Assembly: GCA_027531565.1 (NCBI GenBank)
Contig: JAPZSB010000008.1
Span: forward strand, 148,350 to 212,349
Reading direction: 5' to 3'
Length of the DNA stretch: 64,000 nt
Source of the DNA: Beijerinckiaceae bacterium
GTDB lineage: Bacteria > Pseudomonadota > Alphaproteobacteria > Rhizobiales > Beijerinckiaceae
Shown: positions 1-8,946 of the stretch, piece by piece
Layout of the letters: each line of letters starts with the position of its first letter
How positions within the stretch are numbered: position 1 is the stretch's first letter
Notes under the pieces: generated by a model
The model's database searches: none
What the model was told of the DNA's origin: nothing
What the model saw: the letters and a program-made list of their open reading frames with translations, nothing else
Translations under genes and position numbers: made by a program

Positions 1-186
1 GACGAAGAAGCCCGTGAGTTCCACGGCTTCTTCATGACGAGCTTCATCGGGTTCACCGTTGTCGCTGTCATCGCACACTTCTTGGTGTGGATGTGGCGCC
101 CCTGGTTTCCCAGCGTGAAGGGCTACGCATCGCTGCAGGACAGCGTGACGACAGCTGCTTCAGCGCTCGTCAACCTCATCACCTGA
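1..186 (+). CDS. pufB: Light-harvesting complex 1 beta polypeptide (5' end outside window)
   Basis: Frame-1 translation ..[37 protein letters not shown].. has the LH beta His ligand and WRPW motif. TGA at 184-186. Lies directly upstream of pufA-L-M. Confidence 0.9.
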   Translation, partial: DEEAREFHGFFMTSFIGFTVVAVIAHFLVWMWRPWFPSVKGYASLQDSVTTAASALVNLIT

Positions 187-202
187 CGAAAGGAACGTCA
201 CC

Positions 203-415
203 ATGTGGCAGATCTGGAAGATCTTCGACCCGCGCCGTGCGCTGGTTGCACTGTTCACGTTCCTCTTCGGTCTGGCGATTCTGATCCATTTCATCCTGCT
301 CTCGACCGACCGGTTCAACTGGATCGAAGGTCCGCGCGCCGCCCGCAAGGCTGCGAGCATCACGATTGAAATGGTTCCGCCGACCCCGGGCATCGTCCTC
401 AAGACGATCGCCTGA
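203..415 (+). CDS. pufA: Light-harvesting complex 1 alpha polypeptide
   Basis: 70-aa [43 protein letters not shown].. is a canonical LH1 alpha core with a C-terminal tail. Position between pufB and pufL. Confidence 0.93.
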   Translation: MWQIWKIFDPRRALVALFTFLFGLAILIHFILLSTDRFNWIEGPRAARKAASITIEMVPPTPGIVLKTIA

Positions 416-435
416 TCGGAACGACAAAACCGGCA

Positions 436-464
436 GACGGGGTATCCTCCCCGGGTATCCCGTC
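436..464 (+). promoter_or_regulatory. pufA-pufL intercistronic mRNA stem-loop
   Basis: 436-447 pairs with 453-464 (12 bp including two G-U wobbles, 5-nt loop tcccc). It is in the position of the mRNA-stabilising hairpin known from Rhodobacter puf transcripts. Confidence 0.55.
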
Positions 465-521
465 CGCCTTTCCTCAACAACCTCGCCCGACGGGGGACCG
501 TCGGCCTTTGGGGAGGCGCAC

Positions 522-1370
522 ATGGCACTACTCAGTTTCGAACGCAAATACCGCGTACGCGGTGGAACGCTGATTGGCGGGGATCTTTTCGATTTCTGGG
601 TCGGGCCGTTCTATATCGGTTTCTTCGGCGTCACCGCGGCCTTCTTCTCGATCCTCGGCACCGCCCTCATCGTCTATGGCGCCAGCCAGGGTCCGACCTG
701 GAACATCTGGCTCATCAGCATCAACCCGCCTGACGTCTCTTACGGGCTTGGCTTCGCGCCGCTCGCCGAGGGCGGGCTCTGGCAGATCGTCACGATCTGC
801 GCCATCGGGGCCTTCGTGTCCTGGGCGCTGCGCGAGGTCGAGATCTGCCGCAAGCTCGGCATGGGCTACCATGTGCCGTTCGCCTTCGCCTTCGCGATCC
901 TCGCCTATGTGACGCTGGTGGTCTTCCGGCCCTTCCTGCTGGGCGCCTGGGGCCATGGCTTCCCCTACGGGATCTTCAGCCATCTGCAATGGGTGTCGAA
1001 TGTCGGGTACCAGTACCTGCAATTCCACTACAACCCGGCGCACATGATCGCGATCACGTTCTTCTTCACGACGACGCTCGCGCTCTCGCTGCATGGCGGG
1101 CTGATCCTCTCGGCCACCAACCCGGCCAAGGGCGAGCAGGTGAAAACCCCGGAACACGAGAACAGCTATTTCCGCGACACGATCGGCTATTCGATCGGCA
1201 CGCTCGGCGTGCATCGTCTCGGCCTGTTCCTGGCGCTGAGCGCGGTCTTCTGGAGCGCGGTCTGCATCATCATCAGCGGGCCCGTCTGGACCCAGGGCTG
1301 GGCCGAATGGTGGAACTGGTGGCTGAACTGGTCCTTCTGGGCCGATTCCGCCATCTCCCCGCGGTCCTGA
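522..1370 (+). CDS. pufL: Photosynthetic reaction centre L subunit
   Basis: The internal ATG at 522 of ORF 366..1370 gives [31 protein letters not shown].., the canonical L-subunit N-terminus. The ORF part upstream of 522 is Arg/Ser-rich junk overlapping pufA. Confidence 0.95.
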   Translation: MALLSFERKYRVRGGTLIGGDLFDFWVGPFYIGFFGVTAAFFSILGTALIVYGASQGPTWNIWLISINPPDVSYGLGFAPLAEGGLWQIVTICAIGAFVSWALREVEICRKLGMGYHVPFAFAFAILAYVTLVVFRPFLLGAWGHGFPYGIFSHLQWVSNVGYQYLQFHYNPAHMIAITFFFTTTLALSLHGGLILSATNPAKGEQVKTPEHENSYFRDTIGYSIGTLGVHRLGLFLALSAVFWSAVCIIISGPVWTQGWAEWWNWWLNWSFWADSAISPRS

Positions 1371-1398
1371 CAGCCGAACCTGAAGCGAGGATTGTATC

Positions 1399-2355
1399 AT
1401 GGCCTATTATCAGAACATCTTCACGCGGGTTCAGGTCCATGGTGACCCGGATCTGGGCGTGCCGCTGCCGGCGGGCCCGTCCGAACGCGGCAAGACCACG
1501 ACCCACAATTACTGGCTCGGCAAGTTCGGCGATGCCCAGCTCGGCCCGGTCTATCTCGGCTGGACCGGCGTCACCTCGATCGTCTGCGGCATCATCGCCA
1601 TCGAGATCATCGGGCTGAACATGTGGGCTTCGGTGGGCTGGGATCCCGTCCAGTTCATCCGCAAGCTCTTCTGGCTCACGCTGGATCCGCCGAAGCCGGA
1701 ATATGGCCTGTCCTTCCCGCCGCTGGCAGATGGCGGCTGGTGGCTGATCGCCGGCTTCTTCCTGACCACGTCCATCCTGCTCTGGTGGGTGCGCACCTAT
1801 CGCCGGGCCCGTGCGCTCGGCATGGGAACTCATGTCGCCTGGGCCTTTGCCGCCGCGATCTGGCTCTATCTCGTGCTCGGCTTTATCCGGCCGATCATGA
1901 TGGGCAGCTGGAGCGAGGCCGTGCCCTTCGGGATCTTCTCGCATCTCGACTGGACGCAGAATTTCTCGCTGCGCTACGGCAACCTCTTCTACAACCCCTT
2001 CCATGCGCTCTCGATCGCCTTCCTGTACGGATCGGCGCTCCTCTTCGCGATGCATGCGGGCACCATCCTTGCGGTCACCCGCTACGGCGGCGAGCGCGAG
2101 ATCGAGCAGATCACCGACCGTGGCACCGCCTCGGAACGTGCGGCCCTGTTCTGGCGCTGGACGATGGGCTTCAACGCCTCGATGGAATCGATCCATCGCT
2201 GGGCCTACTGGTTCGCCATCCTCTGCCCGATCACCGGCGGCATCGGCATCCTGCTCACGGGCACGGTCGTCGACAACTGGTACGACTGGGGGATCAAGCA
2301 CGGCATCGTTCCGGCCGATCCGAACTGGTGGCCGGCCACCCCGCCGGCGCAGTGA
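1399..2355 (+). CDS. pufM: Photosynthetic reaction centre M subunit
   Basis: 318-aa [43 protein letters not shown].. is typical RC-M. It starts 28 nt after pufL. Confidence 0.95.
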   Translation: MAYYQNIFTRVQVHGDPDLGVPLPAGPSERGKTTTHNYWLGKFGDAQLGPVYLGWTGVTSIVCGIIAIEIIGLNMWASVGWDPVQFIRKLFWLTLDPPKPEYGLSFPPLADGGWWLIAGFFLTTSILLWWVRTYRRARALGMGTHVAWAFAAAIWLYLVLGFIRPIMMGSWSEAVPFGIFSHLDWTQNFSLRYGNLFYNPFHALSIAFLYGSALLFAMHAGTILAVTRYGGEREIEQITDRGTASERAALFWRWTMGFNASMESIHRWAYWFAILCPITGGIGILLTGTVVDNWYDWGIKHGIVPADPNWWPATPPAQ

Positions 2356-2448
2356 AGGCTTGACGGCATCCGGCCGGGGGGAGGGTTCCTTCTCCCGGCA
2401 TGCGAGGTAGGGCACACGAATCTCCCCTTGATCCCTGTGCCACGCCGG

Positions 2449-2480
2449 CGTCCCGCCCCTCCAGGCGGGACGTTGTCGTT
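2449..2480 (+). terminator. Probable puf operon terminator hairpin
   Basis: Perfect 9-bp stem cgtcccgcc / ggcgggacg (2449-2457 with 2464-2472), 6-nt loop, followed by ttgtcgtt. A second GC hairpin lies at 2497-2513, between convergent genes. Confidence 0.55.
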
Positions 2481-2513
2481 CGGGGGAAGGGAAGCCGGCC
2501 GCCGCCGGCGGCC

Positions 2514-3386
2514 TCAATCGGCGAGGCCGGAATCGAGTGCGAGAAGATGGCCGGTGACCAGGCTGGTCGGGTCGGCCATCTGCGCCAGGATCGTGAAATG
2601 ATCCTCTCCCTCGAGAGCGGCCCCGCTGACCGGCAGCCGCGCAGCCTCGCGGGCGGCAACATAGTCACGGCCCTGGCGTTGCAGTTCCGGCAGTTCGGCC
2701 CCGCCCCAGATCACCGAGACCGGTTTGGTGGCCTGCGCCACGCGATGGATCGGGCTCTGGAAATGCGCTTCCTCGGCACTCAGCCGGAGCGCGGCCTGCA
2801 GGTAGCTGTGGCGGATCGGCTCGAGATCGAAAATGCCGGAAATCGCCAGCGCCGCATCGACTTCCGGCATTTCCGACAGCCGGGCGGCGAGATGCCCGCC
2901 GGCCGACCAGCCGGCGACGATCAGCCGCGATTCCGCGACATTCATCGACGGGCCGACCACCCGGAGCAGGCGGATGGCCGTCTCGCATTCCTCGATGATC
3001 CGCGTCAGCGAGGCGTCCGGCGCCAGCGTATAGCCCGGCATCGCCACGTCGAACCCATGCGCCAGCGGCCCCTCGGCCAGCACGGAGAACATCTCCTTGG
3101 CATTGCGCTGCCAGTAGCCGCCATGGAGGAAAACCAGCATCGGTGCATGCGGATGGCCGCAGGCGAAAATGTCGATCGTCTGGCGCGGTCCGGGCCCATA
3201 GGCGAGGTCCAGCGCAATTGCTGACCGCTCGCGCGTTTTCGCTGACCGTTCGGTCAACGAATTCAGGATCTCGCCGGAACGGGCGACCGCCGCCGTGTTG
3301 TTATAGGCCGCGTCGAGTTCGCCCTGGCTGAATTGCCGCCATGCCGGAAGGTCACGTGTCATCGCCGCTCCCGAGATACCAGTCAT
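2514..3386 (-). CDS. Alpha/beta hydrolase (esterase/arylformamidase-like)
   Basis: HGGYW oxyanion-type motif and GWSAGGH nucleophile elbow. Last gene of the minus-strand operon. The alternative start at 3362 (MTRDLPAW) is equally plausible. Confidence 0.75.
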   Translation of the reverse strand: MTGISGAAMTRDLPAWRQFSQGELDAAYNNTAAVARSGEILNSLTERSAKTRERSAIALDLAYGPGPRQTIDIFACGHPHAPMLVFLHGGYWQRNAKEMFSVLAEGPLAHGFDVAMPGYTLAPDASLTRIIEECETAIRLLRVVGPSMNVAESRLIVAGWSAGGHLAARLSEMPEVDAALAISGIFDLEPIRHSYLQAALRLSAEEAHFQSPIHRVAQATKPVSVIWGGAELPELQRQGRDYVAAREAARLPVSGAALEGEDHFTILAQMADPTSLVTGHLLALDSGLAD

Positions 3387-4236
3387 GGAGGTCGCACCCC
3401 TGCAGGAAGGCGAGATCGCCCCGCGCGATCAGCTCGTCGAGCAGCGCCTCGAACAGGTCGATCCGGTGCGGCACGCCGGTAATGTAGGGATGGATCGCGA
3501 TGCTCATCACGGTGGCGCCGGCACCCGCCTTGGCCTCCCGCACCAGCCTGTCCGCGGTGCGCAGGGCGCGGCGTCCCAGCTCCTCGGCTGGGTGATGCTG
3601 GATCATGATGGTGGGAATGTCGTTGAGCTCCACCGTGTAGGGCATGGTCAGGACCGGGCCGTGCGCGGTCGCCAGCCGGCAGGGCCGGTCATCCACCACC
3701 CAATCGGCGATATAGCGGATGCCCGCCTCGGCGAGATGATCCGGTGTGTCGAGCGTCTCCGTCAGGCCAGGCCCCAGCCATCCGATGCAGGGTTTGCCGG
3801 TAAAGGCGCGGATCGTTTCCACCGTCTGGCTGATCATCGCGCGCTGGTCCTCGACGCGATGCGTCGGCACCTGCACGAAGCCATGGCCCATGAATTCCCA
3901 GCCCGCGTCATGGGCTGCTCCGGCCACGCGCGGATAGGCCTGGCAGACCGAGCCGTTGATCGACAGGGTCGGCCGGATCCCGCGTTTCCCGAACGCGGCG
4001 AGCAGCCGCCAGAATCCGGCCCGCATGCCGTATTCGTGCCAGGCCCAGTTGGCGATGTCGGGCTGGAGGGCGGCGCCGGTCGGCGCGACCAGCACCTGGC
4101 GGGGCATCGGATTGTCGATCAGCCAGTTCTCGACATTGACGATGAACCAGCAGGCCACATCCTTGCCGCCGGGCAGGGCCAGGGCCGGCCGGTCGATACT
4201 GGCGCGATAGGGCAGCCGGGCTTCGGGCCGCATCAC
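3352..4236 (-). CDS. Polysaccharide deacetylase family protein (PuuE/allantoinase-like)
   Basis: 294-aa ORF with NVENW...ANWAWHEYGMRAGFWRLL..., resembling divergent polysaccharide-deacetylase/PuuE proteins. The start (GTG 4236 or ATG 4233) overlaps the stop of the upstream ATPase gene. Confidence 0.7.
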   Translation of the reverse strand: MMRPEARLPYRASIDRPALALPGGKDVACWFIVNVENWLIDNPMPRQVLVAPTGAALQPDIANWAWHEYGMRAGFWRLLAAFGKRGIRPTLSINGSVCQAYPRVAGAAHDAGWEFMGHGFVQVPTHRVEDQRAMISQTVETIRAFTGKPCIGWLGPGLTETLDTPDHLAEAGIRYIADWVVDDRPCRLATAHGPVLTMPYTVELNDIPTIMIQHHPAEELGRRALRTADRLVREAKAGAGATVMSIAIHPYITGVPHRIDLFEALLDELIARGDLAFLQGCDLHDWYLGSGDDT

Positions 4237-5027
4237 GCGGCCTTCTTGGCGTGGTGCGAATGAAGCCGCGCCGAGAGATCGCGCCGGATCTCGTTGAATT
4301 CCGGCGAGGCCACGTCGCGCGGGCGCGGCAGGGTAAGGCGGTTGTCGCTGTCGATCCGGCCCGGCCCGGGCGACATCACCACCACGCGGTCGGCGAGGAA
4401 GATCGCTTCCTCGATCGCATGGGTGACGAAGACGACGGTGAGTTTCGTCCGCTCCCAGATCTCGAGCAGCTCGTCCTGCAGCCGTTCGCGGGTCATCGCA
4501 TCCAGCGCGCCGAACGGCTCGTCCATCAGCACCAGCTCGGCATCATTGGCGAGCACGCGGGCAATGGCCACGCGCTGGCGCATCCCGCCGGAAAGCTGGT
4601 GCGGATAGGCATTGGCGAATTTCTGCAGGCCGACCATCTCGATGAAGCGGTCGCAGATGTCCTTGACCTCGCCCGTCGAGCGCCCCTGCGATTTCGGCCC
4701 GAAGGCGATGTTGTTGCGCACGGTCAGCCAGGGGAACAGCGCATAATCCTGGAACACCATGCCGCGGCTCGGCCCGGGCTCGGTGATCGGCTTGCCCCAC
4801 ATCAGGGCCTCGCCGGCTGTCGGCTGCTCGAACCCCGCCATGATGCGCAGCAGGGTGGACTTGCCGCAGCCCGAAGCGCCGATCAGGCAGATGAATTCGC
4901 CCTTGCGGATCTGCAGGTTGGCGCCGGACAGGGCCTCGATCTTCTGCTCGCCGAGCCAGAACGTCTTGGAGACGTTCCGGATATCGATGATCGGCAGCGG
5001 GGCGGACAGGGTGTCGGTCTCAGCCAT
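4233..5027 (-). CDS. ABC transporter ATP-binding protein (NitT/TauT family)
   Basis: Walker A GASGCGKST, signature LSGGMRQR, Walker B LVLMDEPFGALD. 8-nt overlap with the permease gene. Confidence 0.9.
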   Translation of the reverse strand: MAETDTLSAPLPIIDIRNVSKTFWLGEQKIEALSGANLQIRKGEFICLIGASGCGKSTLLRIMAGFEQPTAGEALMWGKPITEPGPSRGMVFQDYALFPWLTVRNNIAFGPKSQGRSTGEVKDICDRFIEMVGLQKFANAYPHQLSGGMRQRVAIARVLANDAELVLMDEPFGALDAMTRERLQDELLEIWERTKLTVVFVTHAIEEAIFLADRVVVMSPGPGRIDSDNRLTLPRPRDVASPEFNEIRRDLSARLHSHHAKKAA

Positions 5028-5871
5028 GATGGGTCGGGCTCCAGCGCAGGAGATGGTTGCCGATCATCATCACGATCCGGTCGGACAGGTAGCCGACAAT
5101 GCCGATGACGATCATGCCGCAGATGACGAGTTCGGTGCGCGACAGGGTGCGCCCGTCCATGATGACGGCGCCGAGCCCCTGCGGCACCCCGGTCATCTCG
5201 CCGACGACGATGACGAACCAGGCGAGGCCGAGCCCGAGGCGCAGGCCGGTGAAGATCGAGGGCAGGGCGGCCGGCAGCACCACGCGGAAGAACTGCGCAT
5301 TGCCGCGGCAGCCGAGCATCGAGGCCGCCTCGAACAGCTTCGGGTCGACATTCTTCACCCCGAAGATCGTGTTGAGCAGGATCGGGTAGAACGCGCCGAG
5401 GAAAACCAGGCTGAAGGCCGATTTCGCGCCGAGCCCGAACAGGATCATCGAGAGCGGCAGCCAGGCCGTGACGGGGATCGGCCGCATCAGCTGGAAGAAC
5501 GGGTCGAGCGTCTTCCGGGCCAGCGGAATGCGCCCGATCAGCAGCCCGAGCGGCAGCGCGACCATGGCGGCCAGCAGGAAACCGCCATAGACGCGGCTCA
5601 TCGAGGCGAGGAGATGGATATGGAGCGTGGCCGAGAAGGCATCGTCATAGATGCCGCCAAAGGCGAAATCGACCATGTATTCGGCGGTCTCGCCCGGGGT
5701 GGGGATCAGCCGTGTCCAGCGCTGCGTCGTGGCGACATACCAGAGCAGCAGCAGCAATCCGGGCACGATCATCGCCAGCGCGAAATCCCGGGCCTTGCCG
5801 AGATGGGGAAGGCTGGCCTTCCGCGGCGGCGCCTCGTCGGCAGCCGGGGCGGAACTGGTCACATCCACCAT
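5020..5871 (-). CDS. ABC transporter permease (NitT/TauT family)
   Basis: 283-aa multi-TM protein with a BPD-transporter EAA-like loop (FEAASMLGCRGNAQFFRVVLPAALP). Confidence 0.88.
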   Translation of the reverse strand: MVDVTSSAPAADEAPPRKASLPHLGKARDFALAMIVPGLLLLLWYVATTQRWTRLIPTPGETAEYMVDFAFGGIYDDAFSATLHIHLLASMSRVYGGFLLAAMVALPLGLLIGRIPLARKTLDPFFQLMRPIPVTAWLPLSMILFGLGAKSAFSLVFLGAFYPILLNTIFGVKNVDPKLFEAASMLGCRGNAQFFRVVLPAALPSIFTGLRLGLGLAWFVIVVGEMTGVPQGLGAVIMDGRTLSRTELVICGMIVIGIVGYLSDRIVMMIGNHLLRWSPTHHG

Positions 5872-5944
5872 GAAACTCTCTCCGATCGGGAAAAGGGCCT
5901 GGGTTGGAAAGGCCCGCGCCGGAAAGCGGCGCGGGCCCGGAGCA

Positions 5945-6901
5945 TCAGGCCGTCTTGACGGCGTTCGAGAAGGACGGGTTCAGGAACTTCGGAAAGTCCG
6001 GCAGGGCGCGGATCTGCTTCAGGGCCAGCATCTGCTCGGCATAGGTGCGGGCCTGCTTGAGCACGGTCTCGTCGAGTTTCCAGATATACTCGACATTGTC
6101 GTTCTTCAGTGCGTTCTCGACAGCAGCCTTGTTGGCGCCGAGCTTGGCGACGGTCATCTCGGCCACGGCGTCCTTGTTCTTCATCATGAACTCGGAAGCC
6201 TTGGCATGCACGGTGAGCATGGTCTTCACCAGCTCGGGGTCCTTCGCCACCATCTCTTCCGAGGTCGCGAAGATCATGTTCAGCCCGCCCATCGCGGTGT
6301 TGTAGGGATATTCGACCAGCTGGCCGACTCCGGTCGCCAGCGAGAGGCCCGGGCCCGGCTCGGCGCCGACATAGGCGTCGATATCCCCGCGCGAGAGCAT
6401 GGCATGCATCTCGCCGAAGGGAACGCGGGTGGCCACCACGTCGCGGATCGACAGGCCCTCGAGGCGCAGCCGCTCCATGATGAAGACTTCCTGCGTCGAG
6501 CCCGGCCAGATGCCGACCTTCTTGCCCTTCAGGTCCTTGACGGTCTTGATGTCCGACCCGGCCTTGGCGATCACGCCCATGCCCTTGTTGCAGAAGGCGC
6601 CGACCACGACCACCGGCTCGCCGGCGGCAGCCCCGAGCGTCGCCGCGGCGATGCCGAAGCCGCCGAAATCGACCGATTTGGTCACCACGGCATTCTTGCC
6701 ATCGGTCGGGCTGTCGAAGGTGATGATCTCGATCTTGAGGTTCGACGGCGCGAATTTCTCGTAGAAATGCGGCGTCATCGAATGGATGAGCCGGAGCGAG
6801 CCCATCTTGACGGTGCGCGTCTGCGCCCGGAGGATGTTCGGCATGGCGATGACGCCGAGGCCGGCCCCGGCGCTGGCGAGAAGATGGCGGCGATTGATCA
6901 T
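5945..6901 (-). CDS. ABC transporter substrate-binding protein (NMT1/THI5-like) with a Tat-type signal
   Basis: The internal ATG at 6901 of ORF 5945..7858 gives MINRRHLLASAGAGLGVIAMPNILRAQ. The rest of that long ORF is read-through over the upstream genes in another frame. Confidence 0.85.
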   Translation of the reverse strand: MINRRHLLASAGAGLGVIAMPNILRAQTRTVKMGSLRLIHSMTPHFYEKFAPSNLKIEIITFDSPTDGKNAVVTKSVDFGGFGIAAATLGAAAGEPVVVVGAFCNKGMGVIAKAGSDIKTVKDLKGKKVGIWPGSTQEVFIMERLRLEGLSIRDVVATRVPFGEMHAMLSRGDIDAYVGAEPGPGLSLATGVGQLVEYPYNTAMGGLNMIFATSEEMVAKDPELVKTMLTVHAKASEFMMKNKDAVAEMTVAKLGANKAAVENALKNDNVEYIWKLDETVLKQARTYAEQMLALKQIRALPDFPKFLNPSFSNAVKTA

Positions 6902-6951
6902 GGTTCGGTCCTCGCTGTTGGATTTTTCGTTCGTTCTGGAGATCGGGCGCC

Positions 6952-7386
6952 TTACGCGGCGCTCGTCGTTGTCGCGGCGACGGCGGCCATGTAGGCGCGC
7001 CAGCCGCCGAATTCGGAAATGTCGGTCGCTCCGATCAGGCCCTCGGGCTCCACCAGGAAACCTTTCGGACTTGTCCCGTCCGCCAGCCGCACCGTGCCGA
7101 TGCAGAGCGGCGCGGGAATGCCGGCCACGAAGGTGCCGAAGCCCTCGGCCGGCAGCGCCCAGACCTCGACCGCGATGGCATGGCCCTCGCCCTCGGCGAT
7201 GCGGATCAGCCCCGGCCGCTTGGGCGGGCCGCCGGGCAGGGCGTTCAGCCGGTAGGACTTCGTGGTCTCGCCGGTCCGGCGCAACTGGCCACCGCGCGAG
7301 GTCAGCTCGCCATTGAGCGGCATGCCCGAGAGATGGGCGCCGACGACGACGATTTCGATCATCTCGGATGTCTGGACCGCGCTCAT
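6952..7386 (-). CDS. Allophanate hydrolase C-terminal domain as a separate ORF
   Basis: MSAVQTSEMIEIVVVGAHLSGMPLNGELT..YRLNALPGGPPKRPGL..EVWALP.. matches the C-terminal domain of full-length allophanate hydrolases. Its ATG overlaps the upstream TGA (ATGA at 7383-7386). Confidence 0.75.
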   Translation of the reverse strand: MSAVQTSEMIEIVVVGAHLSGMPLNGELTSRGGQLRRTGETTKSYRLNALPGGPPKRPGLIRIAEGEGHAIAVEVWALPAEGFGTFVAGIPAPLCIGTVRLADGTSPKGFLVEPEGLIGATDISEFGGWRAYMAAVAATTTSAA

Positions 7387-8753
7387 GCCGCGACCTCCTT
7401 GGTTGAGAAGCGTTCGCATCCGCCGATGCCGGGGAAGAACAGCCGGCCAAGCTGGACCAGCCTCTGGTCATGGCCGCGCGGGGCGAGGAGGGTGATGCCC
7501 GCCGGGAAGCCATCGCTCCGGAACGGGCCGGGCAGGGCGAGGCCGCACAGGTCGAGCAGGTTGACGAAATTCGTGTAGGTGCCCAGCCGCGAATTCGGCC
7601 CGACCGGATCGGCCTCCAGCTCGGCGAGGGTCGGCGCGATCGGGCAGGTCGGTACGGCGAGGCCATCCACCGCCAGCCAGAGCGGCTCGGTCTGCCGCCG
7701 AAGCGCCGCCAGCTGGTAGAAGGCCTGGAAGGTCTGCGTCGCCGTGATCCCGTCCGCCTTGCCGATGATCGCCCGGGTGACGGGATGCAGCGCACCGGGC
7801 TGCTGGTCCATGAAGGGCGTGAGCGCGGCGCGGCGCTCGGCAACCCACGGCCCCTCATAGAGCAGCCGGGCGACGGCGAAGAACGGCTCGAAATCCACTT
7901 CGCGCAAGGTGACGCCGAGGCTCGCCAGCCGGTCGAGGCTGGCCTCGTAGGCGCGGGCCATCAGCGTATCGCCGAAGAAATGCCGGTCCTTGCCGCCGGG
8001 AATGCCAACGATCCGCACCGCCTTGTCCGATTGTTCCGGCAGCGGGCGCGAATAGGGGTCGGCGGCATCATAGCCGGAGGCAATGCCGAGCACGCGCGCG
8101 GCGTCATCCACGCTCGCGGCGAAGATCGAGATCGTGTCGAGCGTCCGGCAGGCCGGCACCATGCCCCGGCCGGACAAGGCCCCGAGGCTGGGCTTGAGCC
8201 CGACGAGGTTGTTCAGCCCCGCCGGCACCCGGCCCGAGCCGGCCGTATCGGTGCCGAGGCTGAAACAGGCAATCCCCTGCGCGACGACAATGGCCGAGCC
8301 GGAAGAGGAGCCGCCGGGCACGCGTTCCGGATCGAAGGCGTTCCGCGGCACGGGGAAAGGCGAGCGTACGCCCACCAGCCCGGTGGCGAACTGGTCGAGA
8401 TTGGTCTTGCCGAGGCAGATCGCACCGGCGGCCAGCAGCCGCGCGACGACCGGGGCGTCGGTCTCGGGCACATAGGCGAAATCCGGGCAGGCCGCCGTCG
8501 TCGGCAGGCCGGCCACGTCGATATTGTCCTTCACGGCGAAGGGCACGCCCCAGAGCGGGTAGCGCGCAGGGTCGAAGGCCGGCAGCCTTCCGGCCGCGCC
8601 GAGGGCATCCGCTTCAGGAACCAGCGTGATGAAGATCCCGGGATCATTGACCGCCGCCAGCCGGGCATAGGCCGCCTCGATCGCCGCCTCGGGCCGGAGG
8701 CCCTGGCTGTAGCGCTGGTGCAGCGTGGCGATGGTTGGATGGCTGGTCGGCAT
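7383..8753 (-). CDS. Allophanate hydrolase amidase-signature domain (N-terminal part)
   Basis: FAVKDNIDVAGLPTTAACP..., GGSSSGSA, LGTDTAGSGRVPA are amidase-signature motifs. The start was chosen at MPTSHPTIATLHQRY (8753); 8768 is possible. The ORF-track start at 8987 would run through the intergenic region. Confidence 0.85.
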   Translation of the reverse strand: MPTSHPTIATLHQRYSQGLRPEAAIEAAYARLAAVNDPGIFITLVPEADALGAAGRLPAFDPARYPLWGVPFAVKDNIDVAGLPTTAACPDFAYVPETDAPVVARLLAAGAICLGKTNLDQFATGLVGVRSPFPVPRNAFDPERVPGGSSSGSAIVVAQGIACFSLGTDTAGSGRVPAGLNNLVGLKPSLGALSGRGMVPACRTLDTISIFAASVDDAARVLGIASGYDAADPYSRPLPEQSDKAVRIVGIPGGKDRHFFGDTLMARAYEASLDRLASLGVTLREVDFEPFFAVARLLYEGPWVAERRAALTPFMDQQPGALHPVTRAIIGKADGITATQTFQAFYQLAALRRQTEPLWLAVDGLAVPTCPIAPTLAELEADPVGPNSRLGTYTNFVNLLDLCGLALPGPFRSDGFPAGITLLAPRGHDQRLVQLGRLFFPGIGGCERFSTKEVAA

Positions 8754-8946
8754 GGCGTCGTCTCCCATGCCGGGTTGAGCAAGGCGCGTGCCAAGAGGGG
8801 CCGGTCCTGCCCGTCGATCCAAGGGGCCGGCGCGCGTGCCGCCGCGCGCCGGAATCCCGCCGGAAAACCCGGGAGGCGTCGCGCAAAGGCGGCACCACGC
8901 CGCCGATGTCGGGACCTCTCCATTGTATGCAGAAAGGTTAGAGAGG

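Noticed and set aside
2356-2513. Possible small pufX/pufC-like ORF after pufM
   Set aside because: No ORF of meaningful length lies in the 158-bp spacer. It is occupied by two hairpins between convergent genes.
6902-7858. Upstream extension of ORF 5945..7858 (637 aa)
   Set aside because: The extension is Arg/Pro/Ser-rich and overlaps the allophanate hydrolase genes in another frame. The binding protein clearly begins at the Tat-like MINRRHLL (6901).
8827-8852. Perfect 10-bp GC hairpin (ccggcgcgcg-tgccgc-cgcgcgccgg) between the GntR and allophanate hydrolase genes, considered as a REP-like element or attenuator
   Set aside because: It is a single copy in the window with no T-tract on either strand. 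Such GC palindromes arise easily in GC-rich intergenic DNA, and there is not enough evidence for a function.
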